From Camelus dromedarius (lineage: Eukaryota), in NCBI RefSeq assembly GCF_036321535.1, contig NC_087438.1:3598001-3662000 (forward strand): a DNA stretch of 64,000 nt, written 5' to 3'. Numbering within the stretch: the stretch's first letter is position 1; each line of letters begins with the position of its first letter. The position numbers and the translations under genes were made by a program. A model generated the notes under the pieces. The model was not told where the DNA came from. It was given only the letters and a program-made list of their open reading frames with translations, and made no database searches. Below are positions 63,564 through 64,000 of this stretch, piece by piece.

Positions 63564-63747
63564 GTAATAGCTAGCAGGGGTGCACACGTGTGCCCGGTTC
63601 CTGGCCCCAGGGCCCCCTCGCGCCCCGGTTGTGCGGGGGTCCGAGCGAGGCCCCGGCGAGGACAGCGGCGCCCTCCCCTCTCGCGCCCTGTCTGGAGCGC
63701 TGCATCCTGCACCCGCTGCAGACCCTGCTGGTGTTTTGTTTTTGCAG

Positions 63748-63787
63748 GAAAGGCTGGATGAATTTTCTAAACAGAAAAATGAAAAGG
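63748..63787 (+). CDS. ICE1: ICE1 coding exon 9 (ERLDEFSKQKNEK-E), 40 nt
   Basis: Acceptor tttttgcag|GAA; donor AGG|gtgagt. Confidence 0.94.
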
Positions 63788-63875
63788 GTGAGTGTTCAGT
63801 TAATACTTATTTAAAAGTTCTATTTTGACCTGCAGTTTTTTTTTTTTTTAAACTGTTATTTCCCCACATTTTTAG

Positions 63876-63932
63876 AATTGAGACACATTGGAACACAGAT
63901 TTCAAGTGATTCTTACGGAAGTATCGATAAGA
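63876..63932 (+). CDS. ICE1: ICE1 coding exon 10 (LRHIGTQISSDSYGSIDK-R), 57 nt; gene continues beyond the window
   Basis: Acceptor catttttag|AA; donor GA|gtgagt; frame open. Confidence 0.93.
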
Positions 63933-64000
63933 GTGAGTACATTACGAGTTTAGGTTTAATCTCTGTGCGTTACTTTAGTGGTTTGGGAGGCTGCTTGTTG

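Noticed and set aside
63363..63761. 132-aa ORF with a hydrophobic N-terminus, resembling a membrane protein
   Set aside because: The hydrophobic part is the T-rich intron upstream of exon 8; only 63481-63563 is coding

Overview
Mammalian genomic DNA, most likely a camelid (alpaca/llama/camel), inferred from a tRNA-Ala-derived SINE of the camelid vic-1 type at ~14.97 kb. Bases 1-44.6 kb are intergenic and rich in interspersed repeats (L1, L2, MIR, MaLR/ERVL LTRs, hAT and Tigger DNA transposons); I see no credible protein-coding exon there. A CpG-island promoter at ~44.65-45.76 kb precedes ICE1 (KIAA0947, scaffold of the little elongation complex) on the + strand. Coding exons 1-10 were reconstructed by hand (604 nt, ~201 aa, N-terminal coiled coil), and the gene continues past the window end. 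The most interesting signals are post-transcriptional features of ICE1: a U12-type AT-AC intron followed by a 19-nt microexon, an in-frame route that bypasses the minor intron by skipping exons 3+4, a strong decoy acceptor that gives an immediate stop codon, and an Arg-rich 31-codon uORF. Together these suggest, but do not demonstrate, a minor-spliceosome/NMD feedback on a factor that itself drives snRNA transcription. There is also an unusual tailless internal L1 ORF2 fragment with a 19-25 bp target-site duplication. Repeat family names are from recalled consensus sequences, not from a search, and repeat boundaries are approximate. No CRISPR, rRNA or prokaryotic system is present.
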